Sequence record: NZ_CP019224.1
From: a plasmid
Length of the DNA: 64,000 bases
Reading direction: 5' to 3' (one strand)
In this document: piece by piece, positions 28,107 to 38,984 of the stretch
Layout: each line of letters opens with the position of its first letter
Numbering within the stretch: the first letter of the stretch is position 1
The notes under the pieces: model-generated
What the model was told of the DNA's origin: nothing
What the model saw: the letters and a program-made list of their open reading frames with translations, nothing else
Database searches by the model: none
Position numbers and translations under genes: made by a program

Positions 28107-29807
28107 GTGAGTCGTGCACAAAAGGCCTGTGCGGCGGTATCGGCTGTCGCCGTGGTGGGGTTGACCGGGTTGTGGGGCGCCCCGGCTGCGGGGGCGGTGG
28201 AGCCCCCGCAGATTGATGTGGGCGCAACTCCGCCCGATGGGCCGCCGGGTCCGGATCAACCGATGCGCCAGGGCGCGTTTTGCCCGAAGGTGGGCACGCT
28301 GCCGGGTACGGACTATCGGGTGCAGCCGCATTACATGGACATGCTGGATTTGGCTGAGGCGTGGCGGTTTGGGCGCGGGGCGGGGCAGAAGGTGGCTGTG
28401 ATCGACACCGGCGTCACCCCGCATCCGCGGCTGACCGACCTTGTCGGTGGCGGCGACTATGTGATGCCCGGCGATGGCTTGTCCGACTGTGATGCTCACG
28501 GGATGATCGTGGCCTCACTGATCGCGGCCCAGCCCGCCGATGGCAAGACGCCGCTGCCCCCGCCGCGCCAGGCCCGCCGTCCTGAGACAGTGCCCACCAC
28601 CGAGGCGCCGCCGCCCCCGCCGCCACCGCAGACCGTGACGGTGCAGCTGCCGCCCCCGCCTCCGCCTCCACCCCCAGACGGGGCGAGCTGGCATCCTCGC
28701 GCGACTCCCACGGTGGTGGTGCCCGCCGGTCACCCGAAACTATCCCCGCAGAGTCCCGCGCCTGGTCCTGATGATCCGGTGCCACCCGCGCCGCCTGGCC
28801 CGCCGGAGCCCCCGCCGCCGCCGGCGCCGGCTGCGGACGGGTTTTCTGGTGTGGCCCCTGATGTGCAGGTCATCTCCATCCGGCAAAGCTCAAAAGCGTT
28901 CTCTCCCAAGGACGCTTTCGCAGGCAACCAAGACCCGGCGACCCGGCGCAAGGCGGGCGATATCCGCACGATGGCTCGTGCGATCGTGCATGCGGCCAAC
29001 ATGGGTGCCACGGTGATCAACATTTCGGAGGTGTCGTGTATGAGCGCGACCGACATGATTGATCAGCGCGACTTGGGCGCGGCGATTCACTACGCGGCCG
29101 TGGACCGCAACGCGGTGATCGTGGCCGCGGCCGGCAATGTCGGCAACGAAAGCGCTGCCATGGGCAACGACTGTAAACAGAATCCGATCTATAACCCGTT
29201 GAATCCCAACGATCCTCGCGATTGGGCGGGAGTGACCACGGTCGTTACTCCGGCGTGGTTTTCCGACTATGTGCTCACCGTCGGCGAGGTGGATGCCACC
29301 GGCGCTCCGCTGGACGGCAGCGTGGCCGGACCCTGGGTGTCGATCGCGGCGCCAGGCACTGACATCGAAAGCCTCTCACCGCGCGATGACGGGCTGATGA
29401 ACGCGGTCGAGGGCAGCAAGAACACGCTGGTGCCGCAGTCGGGCACCTCGTTTTCGGCGGCGATCGTATCCGGCGTGGCCGCCCTGGTGCGCGCGAAGTA
29501 TCCGCAGCTGACCGCCCATCAGGTGATCAACCGGCTGCTCTCAACCGCCCGGGCACCGGCGCGCGGGGTGGATAACCAGGTCGGGCACGGCATCGTCGAC
29601 CCGGTAGCCGCCCTGACCTATGACCTGCCCCCCGGTGAACCTGTTGGGCCGCAACACCTGGCGGCACCCCTTGTGCTGGCCCCGCCCAAGGTGGGCCGCG
29701 ACATGACCCCCGTGTGGGTAGCCGCCGCTGGTGTGGGCGGACTGGCGCTGGTGTGTTCGCTGGTGCTGGGCTCAGCAGCGCTGATGCGGCGACGAGGAGC
29801 GCGGTGA
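28107..29807 (+). CDS. mycP: Mycosin (MycP), subtilisin-like serine protease of ESX system
   Basis: Catalytic triad blocks VAVIDTGV (Asp), DCDAHGMIVASLIAA (His) and SGTSFSAAIVSG (Ser). N-terminal signal peptide. C-terminal TM anchor (WVAAAGVGGLALVCSLVLGSAALMRRRG). Contains a ~100-aa Pro-rich insert. Confidence 0.85.
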   Translation: MSRAQKACAAVSAVAVVGLTGLWGAPAAGAVEPPQIDVGATPPDGPPGPDQPMRQGAFCPKVGTLPGTDYRVQPHYMDMLDLAEAWRFGRGAGQKVAVIDTGVTPHPRLTDLVGGGDYVMPGDGLSDCDAHGMIVASLIAAQPADGKTPLPPPRQARRPETVPTTEAPPPPPPPQTVTVQLPPPPPPPPPDGASWHPRATPTVVVPAGHPKLSPQSPAPGPDDPVPPAPPGPPEPPPPPAPAADGFSGVAPDVQVISIRQSSKAFSPKDAFAGNQDPATRRKAGDIRTMARAIVHAANMGATVINISEVSCMSATDMIDQRDLGAAIHYAAVDRNAVIVAAAGNVGNESAAMGNDCKQNPIYNPLNPNDPRDWAGVTTVVTPAWFSDYVLTVGEVDATGAPLDGSVAGPWVSIAAPGTDIESLSPRDDGLMNAVEGSKNTLVPQSGTSFSAAIVSGVAALVRAKYPQLTAHQVINRLLSTARAPARGVDNQVGHGIVDPVAALTYDLPPGEPVGPQHLAAPLVLAPPKVGRDMTPVWVAAAGVGGLALVCSLVLGSAALMRRRGAR

Positions 29808-31399
29808 TGAGGACGACCTTTCCGTTAAGCGTGGCGGCCGGCTGGCCGCGCCTGGTGGCGCTGTTCGTCGTCGACGTCGCATTAGTGGCCACCGGGGCGG
29901 CCGTGGCGGGCCGCCCGGGCTGGTGGGCCGGCGCCGCGCTCGCCCTTGTGGTGTCGCTGCTGGCGTTGCTGCGTTGGCGCGGTGCAGCACTGTTGACGCT
30001 GGCGTGGCGATCGGTGAGCAAACGGCACGTAGCTGATCTGCCGGGCGGTGAGCTGGCCGACTACGAGCGCCACTTCGGCTCAGGGCGGGTCGGAATCCGT
30101 GCTGTGGGGCCACATTTGGTAGCGGTGGTGGCCGTCGATGGGCCACCACACAGTCCCTCGGCGCTCGATTATTCCCGGGTCGAGTCGATGACGAAGCTGC
30201 CGCTTGAGGCGGTGGCCGCCGGGCTGGAGCAGTTCGATGTCACCTTAGAAGGCATCGACATCGTCAGCGCGGGGGTGCGCCGGGCATCCAAAAGCCACCA
30301 CCCGTATGCCCCGGTGTATTCAGGGGCGGTGGGTGATCATCCCGCGGTCGGGCAGCGCCGCACCTGGCTGGTCGTGCGCCTGGACGCGCTGGCCAGTGCG
30401 CGGGCGATCGTGTGGCGCGAGTCGGTGGCGGCCACGATGAGCGCGGCCGCCGAATGGCTGGCCGCAGAACTGACCAGCCTGCGTATCCCGGCGCGGGTGT
30501 TGACCGCGGCCCAGATCCGCTCGGCCGATGAGGCGCTGCTGGCCGGGATCGACCCGAACGGATTGACGCCAGGGTGGAGCCGGCTGCGTCACGCCGGCGG
30601 TTACGTGCAGACCTATTGGATGTCGCCACGCGACATTTCGAGCACCACGATTGACCGGCTGTGGGCGCCGGAGACCGCTGCCACGGTGGTGTCGATCCAG
30701 GTGCGCCGCGCCGATACCGGCGCTACGGCCGTGGGGGTGATGGTGCGCTATCACAGCGGCGGGCCGCTGGCTGAGCCGCCGCTGACCGGGCTGAACCCGT
30801 TTGTGGGTCGTCATGACGCCGGGCTGCGGGCCGGGCTGTTGAGCGCGGGCAATGGCGGGCTGGCGGTGCCGGCGCGCGAACTGGCGGCCAACGAAAAGGT
30901 GGCGGTACCGATCGGCGCGACGGGCATCATCGTTGGCACGCTTCCCAGCGGTCACCCGCTGCTGGTCGACCTCAGTGATCCGACCGAGCTGGCCACCGTG
31001 ACAATCTGCGGCGAGTTCGCCTTGCTGGTGCAGGTGTCGTTGCGTGCGGCCGCAACCGGGTACCAGGTGCTGGTCTGCACGCAGCGGCCCGGGCGGTGGC
31101 GCCAGGTCATTGCGGCCGGGTTGCAGGTGATCGACACCGCCGGGCTGGTCGAGCAGTTGCCGGCCTCGCAGTACCCGTATGTGATCGTCTACGACGAGGT
31201 GGCGGGCTCGGTGCCCGCGGGGGCGGCCGTCACGGTGCGCACCGTGGACAAACGGTCGGCCAGCGGCGCTGACATCCATATCGAACAGGAAGGCCCGGGT
31301 GCGGCGGTGATCCGCACGTGGGCGTTTCAGCATCGGCTCCGGATCAACCTCGATTATGAGCGCCGCTTGCTCGAGGGCGGCCCCCGGCGGGCCGCCTAA
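29807..31399 (+). CDS. eccE: EccE, ESX membrane component
   Basis: 530 aa. The ATG overlaps the mycP stop (TGATGA). Two N-terminal TM helices (LVALFVVDVALVATGAAVAG and WWAGAALALVVSLLALL). The position after mycP and before eccA is the EccE position in ESX-2/5-type loci. Confidence 0.7.
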   Translation: MRTTFPLSVAAGWPRLVALFVVDVALVATGAAVAGRPGWWAGAALALVVSLLALLRWRGAALLTLAWRSVSKRHVADLPGGELADYERHFGSGRVGIRAVGPHLVAVVAVDGPPHSPSALDYSRVESMTKLPLEAVAAGLEQFDVTLEGIDIVSAGVRRASKSHHPYAPVYSGAVGDHPAVGQRRTWLVVRLDALASARAIVWRESVAATMSAAAEWLAAELTSLRIPARVLTAAQIRSADEALLAGIDPNGLTPGWSRLRHAGGYVQTYWMSPRDISSTTIDRLWAPETAATVVSIQVRRADTGATAVGVMVRYHSGGPLAEPPLTGLNPFVGRHDAGLRAGLLSAGNGGLAVPARELAANEKVAVPIGATGIIVGTLPSGHPLLVDLSDPTELATVTICGEFALLVQVSLRAAATGYQVLVCTQRPGRWRQVIAAGLQVIDTAGLVEQLPASQYPYVIVYDEVAGSVPAGAAVTVRTVDKRSASGADIHIEQEGPGAAVIRTWAFQHRLRINLDYERRLLEGGPRRAA

Positions 31400-31421
31400 C
31401 CGGTTAGATTCGTAGCTGATC

Positions 31422-33254
31422 ATGACAGGTATTGAGGCAGAATCCCCGGCTCGCAGCGCCTTTCGCCGCGGCCTGTTGGCATCGGGCATCGGCGTGGACG
31501 GTCTGGTGCCCAGCCATAACCGGCAGGTGGCCGCCGACATGTTCCGCACGGTCACCCAGGCCGACCCGGGCGTATGTGACGGCTGGATGGGCCGGGTGCT
31601 CGCCGGTGAAGACAGCGTGGAAGTACTGGCCGGAGGCTGGGCAGCCGCAGAAACCTTCGGCCGGGAGATCCGCCGGCTAGGGGTGCTGGGCGCAGACTTT
31701 CGCCCGCTGGTGTTCGACGGCCTGTTTTTGCAGTTGCCGATCGGCTCAGTGGATGCCCTGCGTTGCGCATACGCGACCGTGTTGATCCGGGAAGCCAACT
31801 ACAGCCAAGCCCACGAGCTGCTGAGCTCGGCGACCAAGCCGACCGATCCGTTTGACGCCGACATGCACACCTACGCCTGCGGGCTGTTGCATTTCCGCAC
31901 CCAACGCTGGAGCGATGTGTTGGGCCTGTTCCCGATCGACAAACGTTGGTATCGGCCCGAATACGAATGCGCGGCCACCGCGATGGCCACCACAGCGCTA
32001 GCGTCGCTGGGGGTATTCGAGGATGCGTTTCGCCGCGGCGACAAAGCTGCCCGCGATGACCGCGTACCACCGGCGGCCACGGTGATCCTCTACACCCAAG
32101 CGATGTGTCTTCGTCACTTGGGCCGCGAGGACGAGGCCGCCCAACTGCTGCGCCGCGTCTATTCCCGCGACCCGAAATTCGCCCCCGCCCGTGAAGCGAT
32201 GGACGACCCGAGCCGGCGCCTGGTGCTCACCGACCCAGAAACCATCGAGGCCCGCACCGACCCGTGGGACCCCGCGAGCGCCCCGAGCCGACTAGAGGCC
32301 GAAACGGCCCGCGACGCCGAAAAGGCCTCGCAGTATCTGGCCGAGGGGCAAGCCGAGCTGGACGCCATGCTGGGCATGGAGACGGCCAAACGAGAAATCA
32401 AACGCATCCGCTCGACCACGAAGGTCAACCTGGCCCGCACCAAGGTCGGGTTGCGGGTGCCGGTCACCTCTCGACACACCCTGCTGCTGGGCCCGCCCGG
32501 AACCGGAAAGACCTCTGTGGCACGGGCTTTCACCAAGCAGCTGTGCGGGCTGAAGGTGCTGCGCAAACCGCTGGTGGTGGAGACCAGCCGCGCCAAACTG
32601 CTGGGCCGCTACATGGCTGATGCGGAAAAGAACACCGAAGAGATGCTCGAAGAAGCCCTCGGTGGGGCGGTGTTCTTCGACGAGATGCACACCCTGCATG
32701 AACGCGGCTACTCCACCGGCGACCCCTACGGCAACGCGATCATCAACACACTGCTGCTGTATATGGAGAATCACCGCGACGAACTGGTGGTGTTCGGGGC
32801 AGGCTACGCCAAAGCCACCGAGCGAATGCTAGAGGTGAATCAAGGTCTGCGACGACGGTTTTCGACCGTGATCGAGTTCCACAGCTACACCCCGCCAGAG
32901 TTGATCGAACTGACCAAGCTGATGGCGGCTGAAGATGAGGACGTGACCACCGATGAGGCCGTTGAAGTCCTGCGCCCAGACTTCGAGAAGTTCTATGCCG
33001 ATGAAAGTCTCACCGCTGAAGGCGATTTGATCCGCGGCATAGACGTATTGGGCAACGCCGGGTTTGTGCGCAACGTGGTGGAAAAGGCCCGCGATCACCG
33101 CAACGACCGCCTGGATACCACCGAGCTTGATGAGCTGCTGGCCAGCGACGACGTCGAAGTCACCGACGCGCAGCTGCAGCGCCTGCGGGAGCTCACCCGC
33201 GAAGACTTGGCCGAAGGACTGCGGGCGGCGGTCTCCGAAAAGCGTTCAGAATAG
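31422..33254 (+). CDS. eccA: EccA, cytosolic CbbX/CfqX-family AAA+ ATPase with N-terminal TPR-like domain
   Basis: 610 aa. Walker A LLLGPPGTGKTSVARAF. Walker B VFFDEMH. A helical repeat N-terminal half. Last gene of the ESX operon. Confidence 0.85.
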   Translation: MTGIEAESPARSAFRRGLLASGIGVDGLVPSHNRQVAADMFRTVTQADPGVCDGWMGRVLAGEDSVEVLAGGWAAAETFGREIRRLGVLGADFRPLVFDGLFLQLPIGSVDALRCAYATVLIREANYSQAHELLSSATKPTDPFDADMHTYACGLLHFRTQRWSDVLGLFPIDKRWYRPEYECAATAMATTALASLGVFEDAFRRGDKAARDDRVPPAATVILYTQAMCLRHLGREDEAAQLLRRVYSRDPKFAPAREAMDDPSRRLVLTDPETIEARTDPWDPASAPSRLEAETARDAEKASQYLAEGQAELDAMLGMETAKREIKRIRSTTKVNLARTKVGLRVPVTSRHTLLLGPPGTGKTSVARAFTKQLCGLKVLRKPLVVETSRAKLLGRYMADAEKNTEEMLEEALGGAVFFDEMHTLHERGYSTGDPYGNAIINTLLLYMENHRDELVVFGAGYAKATERMLEVNQGLRRRFSTVIEFHSYTPPELIELTKLMAAEDEDVTTDEAVEVLRPDFEKFYADESLTAEGDLIRGIDVLGNAGFVRNVVEKARDHRNDRLDTTELDELLASDDVEVTDAQLQRLRELTREDLAEGLRAAVSEKRSE

Positions 33255-33260
33255 GCAAGT

Positions 33261-33588
33261 TATGAACGATTCAGACCAGATGATGGCGCTGTTCGTGGCG
33301 ATCCTCGTGATGATCGGGCTGCTTTACCTGCTTTGCCGCCTTATCTATGTCATCGTCGACGAGGCATGGGTAGCCAAGAATGCACGCGAGCAACAGCGCG
33401 TACAAGAAATCCGCTCAGCTCAACAGCGCAGCGACCTGCTGGCCGAGCTGCGCGAATTCGGCCTGAGCGAAGAAGACCTTGATCTGCCTCACGAAGAGAT
33501 CGCTGCCAGGGTCACCTACGCCGCCGGGCTGCACCGCCAAGCCGCCGAAGGACTCGGGCGGGCGGGCAGGGTCGCTGCGGCCAGTTGA
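33261..33588 (+). CDS. small single-TM membrane protein
   Basis: 108 aa from ATG 33261, 7 bp after the eccA stop. Hydrophobic helix MMALFVAILVMIGLLYLLCRLIYVIV, then a charged helical tail. Confidence 0.4.
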
Positions 33589-33661
33589 TCCACATCAACC
33601 CAGGGCAGCAGTGCTCGTCTGCTCGTTGCGCTACGGTGAAACGGCTTTACACTCCACCGAT

Positions 33662-33883
33662 ATGGACTATGTGGAGCAAGCTGGAATGATTCTGTATGCG
33701 CTTAAGAAGATTCTCCAGGAGCGCCAAAAACTACGGGGTGTGAGCTCCCCGACCGAGGATGAGTGGCGGGCGATCAACGGGGCGATCGCGGCCACCGGAT
33801 TCAAGGTCGACGAGCCGTGGTCGTCGGCGGGTATGGGCGAGTGGCAAGCCACGCTCGAGCACGCGCTCACCGCCTCATACTAG
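33662..33883 (+). CDS. small hypothetical protein
   Basis: 73-aa ORF from internal ATG (MDYVEQAGMILYALKKILQERQK...). No motifs. Low support. Confidence 0.3.
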   Translation: MDYVEQAGMILYALKKILQERQKLRGVSSPTEDEWRAINGAIAATGFKVDEPWSSAGMGEWQATLEHALTASY

Positions 33884-33916
33884 ATCGGCTGCGCCACAAG
33901 CGCTTTCGGTCTCTCG

Positions 33917-35986
33917 TCAATGTGTGGGACGGCCCTTGACAGGGGTGCTGTCCTCGTCGACGTCGACTCTGTCGGGCTGTGGGCGCGTACTGGGGCGCTG
34001 CGGCTGGTGTGGCGGAGAGGCTGGGTTGGCGCGCTGGTGCGTGGGGCGCTCGGGGCTGCCGCCCCGGCCGGGGGCTGGGGTTGGCGCTGGTTGGGCGCCG
34101 GCAGGCGCGGCGGGACCACCTTGGGGCGAAGAGTTGGGGGCGCCGGCCGGGGGGTTGGGTTGCTGTGCGCCAGTAGAGCTGTGGTCGCGGTGGCGGCGCT
34201 GAGCGACGTGACCGGCGACGGCGGCCGCAGCGACGGCTTCGGGTGCCACGACGGCGGTGGCGGCCTCACCGGCCATCATGGCACCATCGGCGGCGGCCGC
34301 AGTCCCGCCGGCGGTGGAGGAGGCCGCCACGTCAGCGGCGGGGGCCTGTGGTGCTGGGGTTTGTTGAGAGGCGCGCCCGGGTGAGGGTGGGCGTCCGCCG
34401 GGGGGGCGGCCGTTGACTGGGGGGCCGGTGAGGGGCTGGTCGGGCTCGTCGGGGGTATCGGAGGAGTCGTCGTCGGGTTTTTTGGCCCATGGTGCGCGCG
34501 AGTTGAGGTCTTTGGCTCGGTCGTAGGCGTCTTGTCCGCGTTGGTATCCTTCGCGGCCGCGGTGGACGAGTTCACTGATGGTGTGGGTGAAATCTTGGCG
34601 GGTGTGATCGCCGAGTTCGCGTTTGAGCCACCAGAACACGCCGATGGCGACGGCGGAGATGATGGCGATCATGAATAGCCGCGCGAGTGGGTGGGTCATG
34701 CCGACCTGGTCGGCGTAGCCGCCGCGGGCGCCCATTTTGAGCACGATCATGGCCGCGATGGAGATGTAGGTGGTGTAGGCGAATACCAGGGCGGCGTGTT
34801 TGAAGAACATGGTGATGCGCCGCGCGGCGCGCCGGCGCGGGTGGCCGTGGATCATGGCGGGTGCGGCGGCCACGATGGACATCAGGGCGTTGACGAAGGC
34901 CGCGCAGCATACCATGACGTAGCTGTAGGTGACGTAGCAGACGAAGAACGCGAAGACTGCGCCCAGGAGGCCGTAGCAGGCGCCCAGGGCGAGGTTGGCG
35001 CCGCTGAGGTGTTGGGCGAAGGACAGGGCTTGGGGTGCGCCGCAGGAGGCCATGGCGTGGGCGGGTGCTGCGAGGTCGCCGGCGTTGGGTGGGGTGAGCA
35101 TGGCGGCGGTGTAGGCGCCACCGCAGGTGCCGATGTTATCGACGGTGGTGCCGAAGTTCATCAGCTGTAACGGCATTCGCAAGGTGGTGTCGGCGATGAG
35201 GCCGGTGAGGTGTTGGAGCTGGGCCTGGCCGCCGCCGCTAGTGATGGTGCCGTTGGCGAAGGCTGCTTGGGAGATGCTGAAGCCGAGGTTGCGTCCTTGG
35301 GTCAGTAGCCCGTTTTCGCTGTAGAGGTCGGACAGCGGGTCGCGGGTGAGCACGATGCCCAGGATGCCAACGGCGATGGTGGACACCATGATTCCGGCGC
35401 CGAAGCCTTTGCGACCATGCCACAGGATGTGGAAGGCGCCGACTGAGACACCGAGCAGTAGGCAGATGGGGAAGACCCACAGGTCGGCAAGGATCACCCG
35501 GATTGTCTCGAAGACCGGCCGAAACCAGGTGGCCAGCCACACCAGCCACGTGTTGGACATGGCGAACCGCAGCAGCCACAGCGACATGGCGATCATGAAG
35601 ATGTAGATGCCGGCTTGGGCTTGCAGCAGTTCGATCACGCCTTCATGGGTCATGCCGGTGGTGACGGCGTTGGCCAGCCAGCGGGCCCAGCTCGACGGGT
35701 CCCAGCTGAGGCCAGGTCCTGCTTTGGTGATGGCTTCGGTGGTGCTGACCACGGACAGGTAGTAGTTGCCCACGGGGACGCCGTGGCTGTCGGTGACCCC
35801 GGTCCAGTTCAGTGCACCGGCCAGGGTGGAGGCGGCCGCGGGCGGGGCGGCTCCGATCGCGGCGGCGGCCAGGGTGTGGGTGATGAACCAGAAGGTGGTG
35901 ACGCGCCGCAGGCGTGGGCGGGTGGCCATCTGGTAGCCGAGGTATTCGGCGGCGCGCTGGCCGAATGTTGTTGGCGGGGTGGTCAT
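33917..35986 (-). CDS. large polytopic membrane protein, candidate VirB6/TrbL-like mating-channel component
   Basis: 689 aa. At least 8 hydrophobic helices across the first 450 aa. A long Pro/Ala/Gln-rich hydrophilic C-terminal tail. The ATGA start overlaps the stop of the downstream VirB4-like fragment. The position within the conjugation gene block supports the call. Confidence 0.5.
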   Translation of the reverse strand: MTTPPTTFGQRAAEYLGYQMATRPRLRRVTTFWFITHTLAAAAIGAAPPAAASTLAGALNWTGVTDSHGVPVGNYYLSVVSTTEAITKAGPGLSWDPSSWARWLANAVTTGMTHEGVIELLQAQAGIYIFMIAMSLWLLRFAMSNTWLVWLATWFRPVFETIRVILADLWVFPICLLLGVSVGAFHILWHGRKGFGAGIMVSTIAVGILGIVLTRDPLSDLYSENGLLTQGRNLGFSISQAAFANGTITSGGGQAQLQHLTGLIADTTLRMPLQLMNFGTTVDNIGTCGGAYTAAMLTPPNAGDLAAPAHAMASCGAPQALSFAQHLSGANLALGACYGLLGAVFAFFVCYVTYSYVMVCCAAFVNALMSIVAAAPAMIHGHPRRRAARRITMFFKHAALVFAYTTYISIAAMIVLKMGARGGYADQVGMTHPLARLFMIAIISAVAIGVFWWLKRELGDHTRQDFTHTISELVHRGREGYQRGQDAYDRAKDLNSRAPWAKKPDDDSSDTPDEPDQPLTGPPVNGRPPGGRPPSPGRASQQTPAPQAPAADVAASSTAGGTAAAADGAMMAGEAATAVVAPEAVAAAAVAGHVAQRRHRDHSSTGAQQPNPPAGAPNSSPQGGPAAPAGAQPAPTPAPGRGGSPERPTHQRANPASPPHQPQRPSTRPQPDRVDVDEDSTPVKGRPTH

Positions 35987-37422
35987 GCCGCGCGCCCGGG
36001 GGTGGTGTCGTAGGCGTCGTGCACGGCGGCGTCGGGTTCGGTGGCTACCCAGATGGGCGATTTGCGGCGGAACTCGTCGACGAAGAATCCGTAGCCTTGC
36101 CGCGCGCCGCGGTTGGGGCCGGCGGCGGAGTCAACCTCGTCGAAGGCGGTGGGGTCGCGCATCTCATCCGGGGAGGGCTGAGCGAGGAAGAATTCTTCGA
36201 TGTCGGGGTAGTCGTCGAGGCGGATGCCGACTTTGGCGGCGACTTGGCGTGCCAGGTCTTCGTTTTCAAACGGCATGATCAGTTGCTGGGTGATGAACTC
36301 ATCACCCATGAGCGCGAGGTCTTTGATGGGATTTTGGGTGATGATCAACAACCCTGTGTAGTGCTTGCGAGCTTGGCGGCTGATCAGGTGTGCGTCGTCG
36401 GCGCCGGCGCGGGAGTTGAGCAGGGCGGAGGCTTCTTCGAGGACGATGAGCCCAAACCGGGTGGGATCGGCGAAAAATGTCACTCTGGCTAGTCTCACGA
36501 GCATGCCGTAGATGGCCACGGAGGCACGTTTGCGGTCGGAGAGCTGTTCGTAGAGGTGCGGGGTGTTCATCTCTTTGGCGGTGGGCAGGTCGAGGCTGCC
36601 GGTGAGCCAGATCGTGACGTCGAGTCTGGCCAGGTCGGGCACGGGCAGCGTGTCGTCGAAGATGGCTCGGGTGAAGGCGTGGCTGGCCCACGATTGCAGG
36701 GCGGCAAGGATGGGGGCGAGGTCGTCGGCGAGTCTGACGACTTGCGGGGCGCGATTGTCGGGCCCAGTCGAGGGGGCCTGGATGTGGCTGATGTATTTCA
36801 TGAGCGCTGCGGTGCTGGTGATGTCGAGCGCGGCAGCGACGTCGGCCTGCAGGATGGCGCGTAGGCGGCGCACTCCAACGCTGCGCGCATCCAGGCTCAT
36901 CATGGGAACCATGTAGTCCAGCCAGTAGCCGCCGGCGACGTCGGCGGGGAAGACACGCAGCGGGTCGCAGCTGAACTGGTTGCCGGCCATGTCGATGACG
37001 GCTTTGTTGTCGACATCGGCGAGGGCTTTTTCCCACTCGGTGCCGGGGTCGACGATGAATGCTTGTGCGCCGCGTTGGATTTCGCCGCGGGTGATGCGTT
37101 TGGCGGCATAGGATTTGCCGTAGCCCAGCGCGCCGCTGCACACCAGGCAGGGGTTGCGGTTGCGACGCGCGGCGGCGGGCAGGTCGAGCAGCACGGCGCT
37201 GTTGAGGGCGTTGTTTCTGTTGAATCCCAGTAGGATTCCGGTGCTGTTGCCGACCATGGATGAGGTGAACGGCACGAAGCGTGACCACTTTTTGGTGGTG
37301 GTGGGTTGGGTGAATTGGTCGATGGTGGTTTTGTGGGCGGGGGCGGCGGGGTTGAAGGCTGCCCAGAGTTTGGTTTGGGCGCCGCGGTAGTGGCGGATGG
37401 CGATTTGGCCAGATTGGGTGAG
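35983..37422 (-). pseudogene. VirB4/TrbE-like conjugation ATPase, C-terminal portion (disrupted by IS3-family insertion)
   Basis: The track ORF 35983..37275 (430 aa) carries Walker A CSGALGYGKSY and Walker B GLIVLEEA. The frame is open upstream with no stop from 37275 to the IS boundary at 37422 (a further 48 codons beginning TQSGQIAIRHYRG). It is contiguous with the N-terminal fragment at 38985..40544 once the IS is removed. Confidence 0.7.
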
Positions 37423-37486
37423 TGACGTGTGTTTGAGTTAATGAGCCATTCGCGGTTGGAAATACCCAGCCAGGTCCGCGGCGTGC

Positions 37487-38600
37487 TCATCGGTTTGCTC
37501 CTGTGGTTGTGTCTCGACGGTATGCGATGCGGTTCTCGCGTGCCTGGGCGAGTCCGTCGCGGCGATTCTGGCGTATCGCGTCACCTCGTCCTTCGTGTTC
37601 GTCGTGGGGAGTCACATAGCCGATTCCGGCATGCAACCTGATGGTGTTGTATTCCGAGCGCACCCGGTCGAGTTCGGCGTCGAGCTCACCGGGATCGCGG
37701 ATGTGTTCCAGGTGCGGCCACTCGCCCTTCACGTGGCCGAACAGGGTCTCGATCCACGCCTGATCCTGGGGGGTGTGCGGGCGGCCGAACTGCTGGGCGA
37801 TCGCGACCCCGGCGAGGAACTCGCGGGTGGAGTGGCTGCGCATCTGTGGGCCGTTGTCGCTGATCGCGAGCAGCAGCGGTCGCTGCCCGTCGCCGATGGC
37901 GGCCTCGACGGTGTCGCGGTCCCCGGAGTCGAGCGCGGCGACCAGCGCCGCGGTGGCGCGGGCGTCGGCGGCCTCCCACAGGCCCTCGGTCTGCAGCGCT
38001 TCGATGAAGGCGACCTCGACCTGGGACGAGGTCTCCTCGGCCGAGACGACGGTGGCGATCCACTTGCGGCTGACGATGTCGAGGATCGCGATCGCGGCCC
38101 GTTTCGCGCGGGTGAAATGGGTGAAGTCGTAGCCCCACACCCGGTTCGGTTTCCACTCCAGCCAGTCCGGCCACGGTGTGCGCGGGATCGGCTCGCGCAG
38201 CGGATTGCCTTGCAGCGCAAGACCTTCCTCAGCCAACACCTTGCGCACCGTGGATTCGGACACCCACACCCGATGCAGGTATGAGCCGCGGTGGGCCAGC
38301 TTGCGGTGGGAGCGGTCGACCTCGCCCCACTCGGCGTGCAACGCCACGATCGCGGCCCGTTCGCACGGCAACAGCCCATGCAGCGGATGCCCACCGGGCG
38401 GCAGGTCCTCGAGCCGGTCAGCGGCGCGGCGCTCGGCCCACCGGGCCGCGCGCAGGTCGTCGACTCCCAGCGACAGGCAGGCGCGTCGGGCCGGCCAGCC
38501 CGCCTCCACGGCATGGTCGATCAAGTCGAGCAGGCCGGCCTTCACGTCAGCGTGCACCCGCGCCGGGACCGGGCCGGTCGTCAGCCCCAAGCGAGTTTTC
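37487..38600 (-). CDS. IS3-family transposase OrfB (DDE integrase core; expressed as OrfAB by frameshift)
   Basis: C-terminal ~370 aa of the 530-aa track ORF. DDE motif blocks NRVWGYDFTHF, LLLAISDNGPQMRS and IETLFGHVKGEW. The 5' extent and frameshift site are approximate. Confidence 0.75.
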
Positions 38601-38913
38601 CCTCGTGCAGGTGCAGGGCCACCGCCTGCTCGGTCACCGTCGCCCGCAGCCGCTCGCATTCGGCCCGGGCCTCCTCCAGCTCGACCTGCTCGGGCGACTT
38701 GCCAGGACGACCGGGACGCGCCGACAACGCCGCCAACGCGCCCTGCTTGGCGGTACGGCAGATGGTGGTCACCGTTGAACGGTCCACCTGCCACCGCTCG
38801 GCGGCCTCGCGTTGCGTGGCCTGCCCCGTCAGCACCGCCACGAACATCTCGTACTTCTGACTCGGCGCCAACAGCCGCCGCTTGCGTGATCCCACGGTCG
38901 AATTCGACTTCAT
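38581..38913 (-). CDS. IS3-family transposase OrfA (HTH DNA-binding subunit)
   Basis: 110 aa. Motif LTGQATQREAAERWQVDRSTVTTICR is an IS3 OrfA-type HTH. A leucine-zipper-like C-terminus. Upstream of, and in a different frame from, orfB, as expected for a programmed -1 frameshift. Confidence 0.75.
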   Translation of the reverse strand: MKSNSTVGSRKRRLLAPSQKYEMFVAVLTGQATQREAAERWQVDRSTVTTICRTAKQGALAALSARPGRPGKSPEQVELEEARAECERLRATVTEQAVALHLHEGKLAWG

Positions 38914-38984
38914 GACCAGCCTCCAAACGTGTCCGACACGCCCCCGGATGGCTGGGTATTTCCGATCGGGTTTGGCTCATTAAG

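Noticed and set aside
25126-28500. Many overlapping ORFs in both orientations across espI/eccD/mycP (for example 26708..27460 minus, 27798..28499 minus)
   Set aside because: These are high-GC chance ORFs within strongly supported plus-strand ESX genes.
36302-37490. Alternative-frame minus ORFs (328 aa and 196 aa) overlapping the VirB4 C-terminal fragment
   Set aside because: They are Arg/Pro-rich out-of-frame translations. The P-loop-containing frame is clearly the genuine one.
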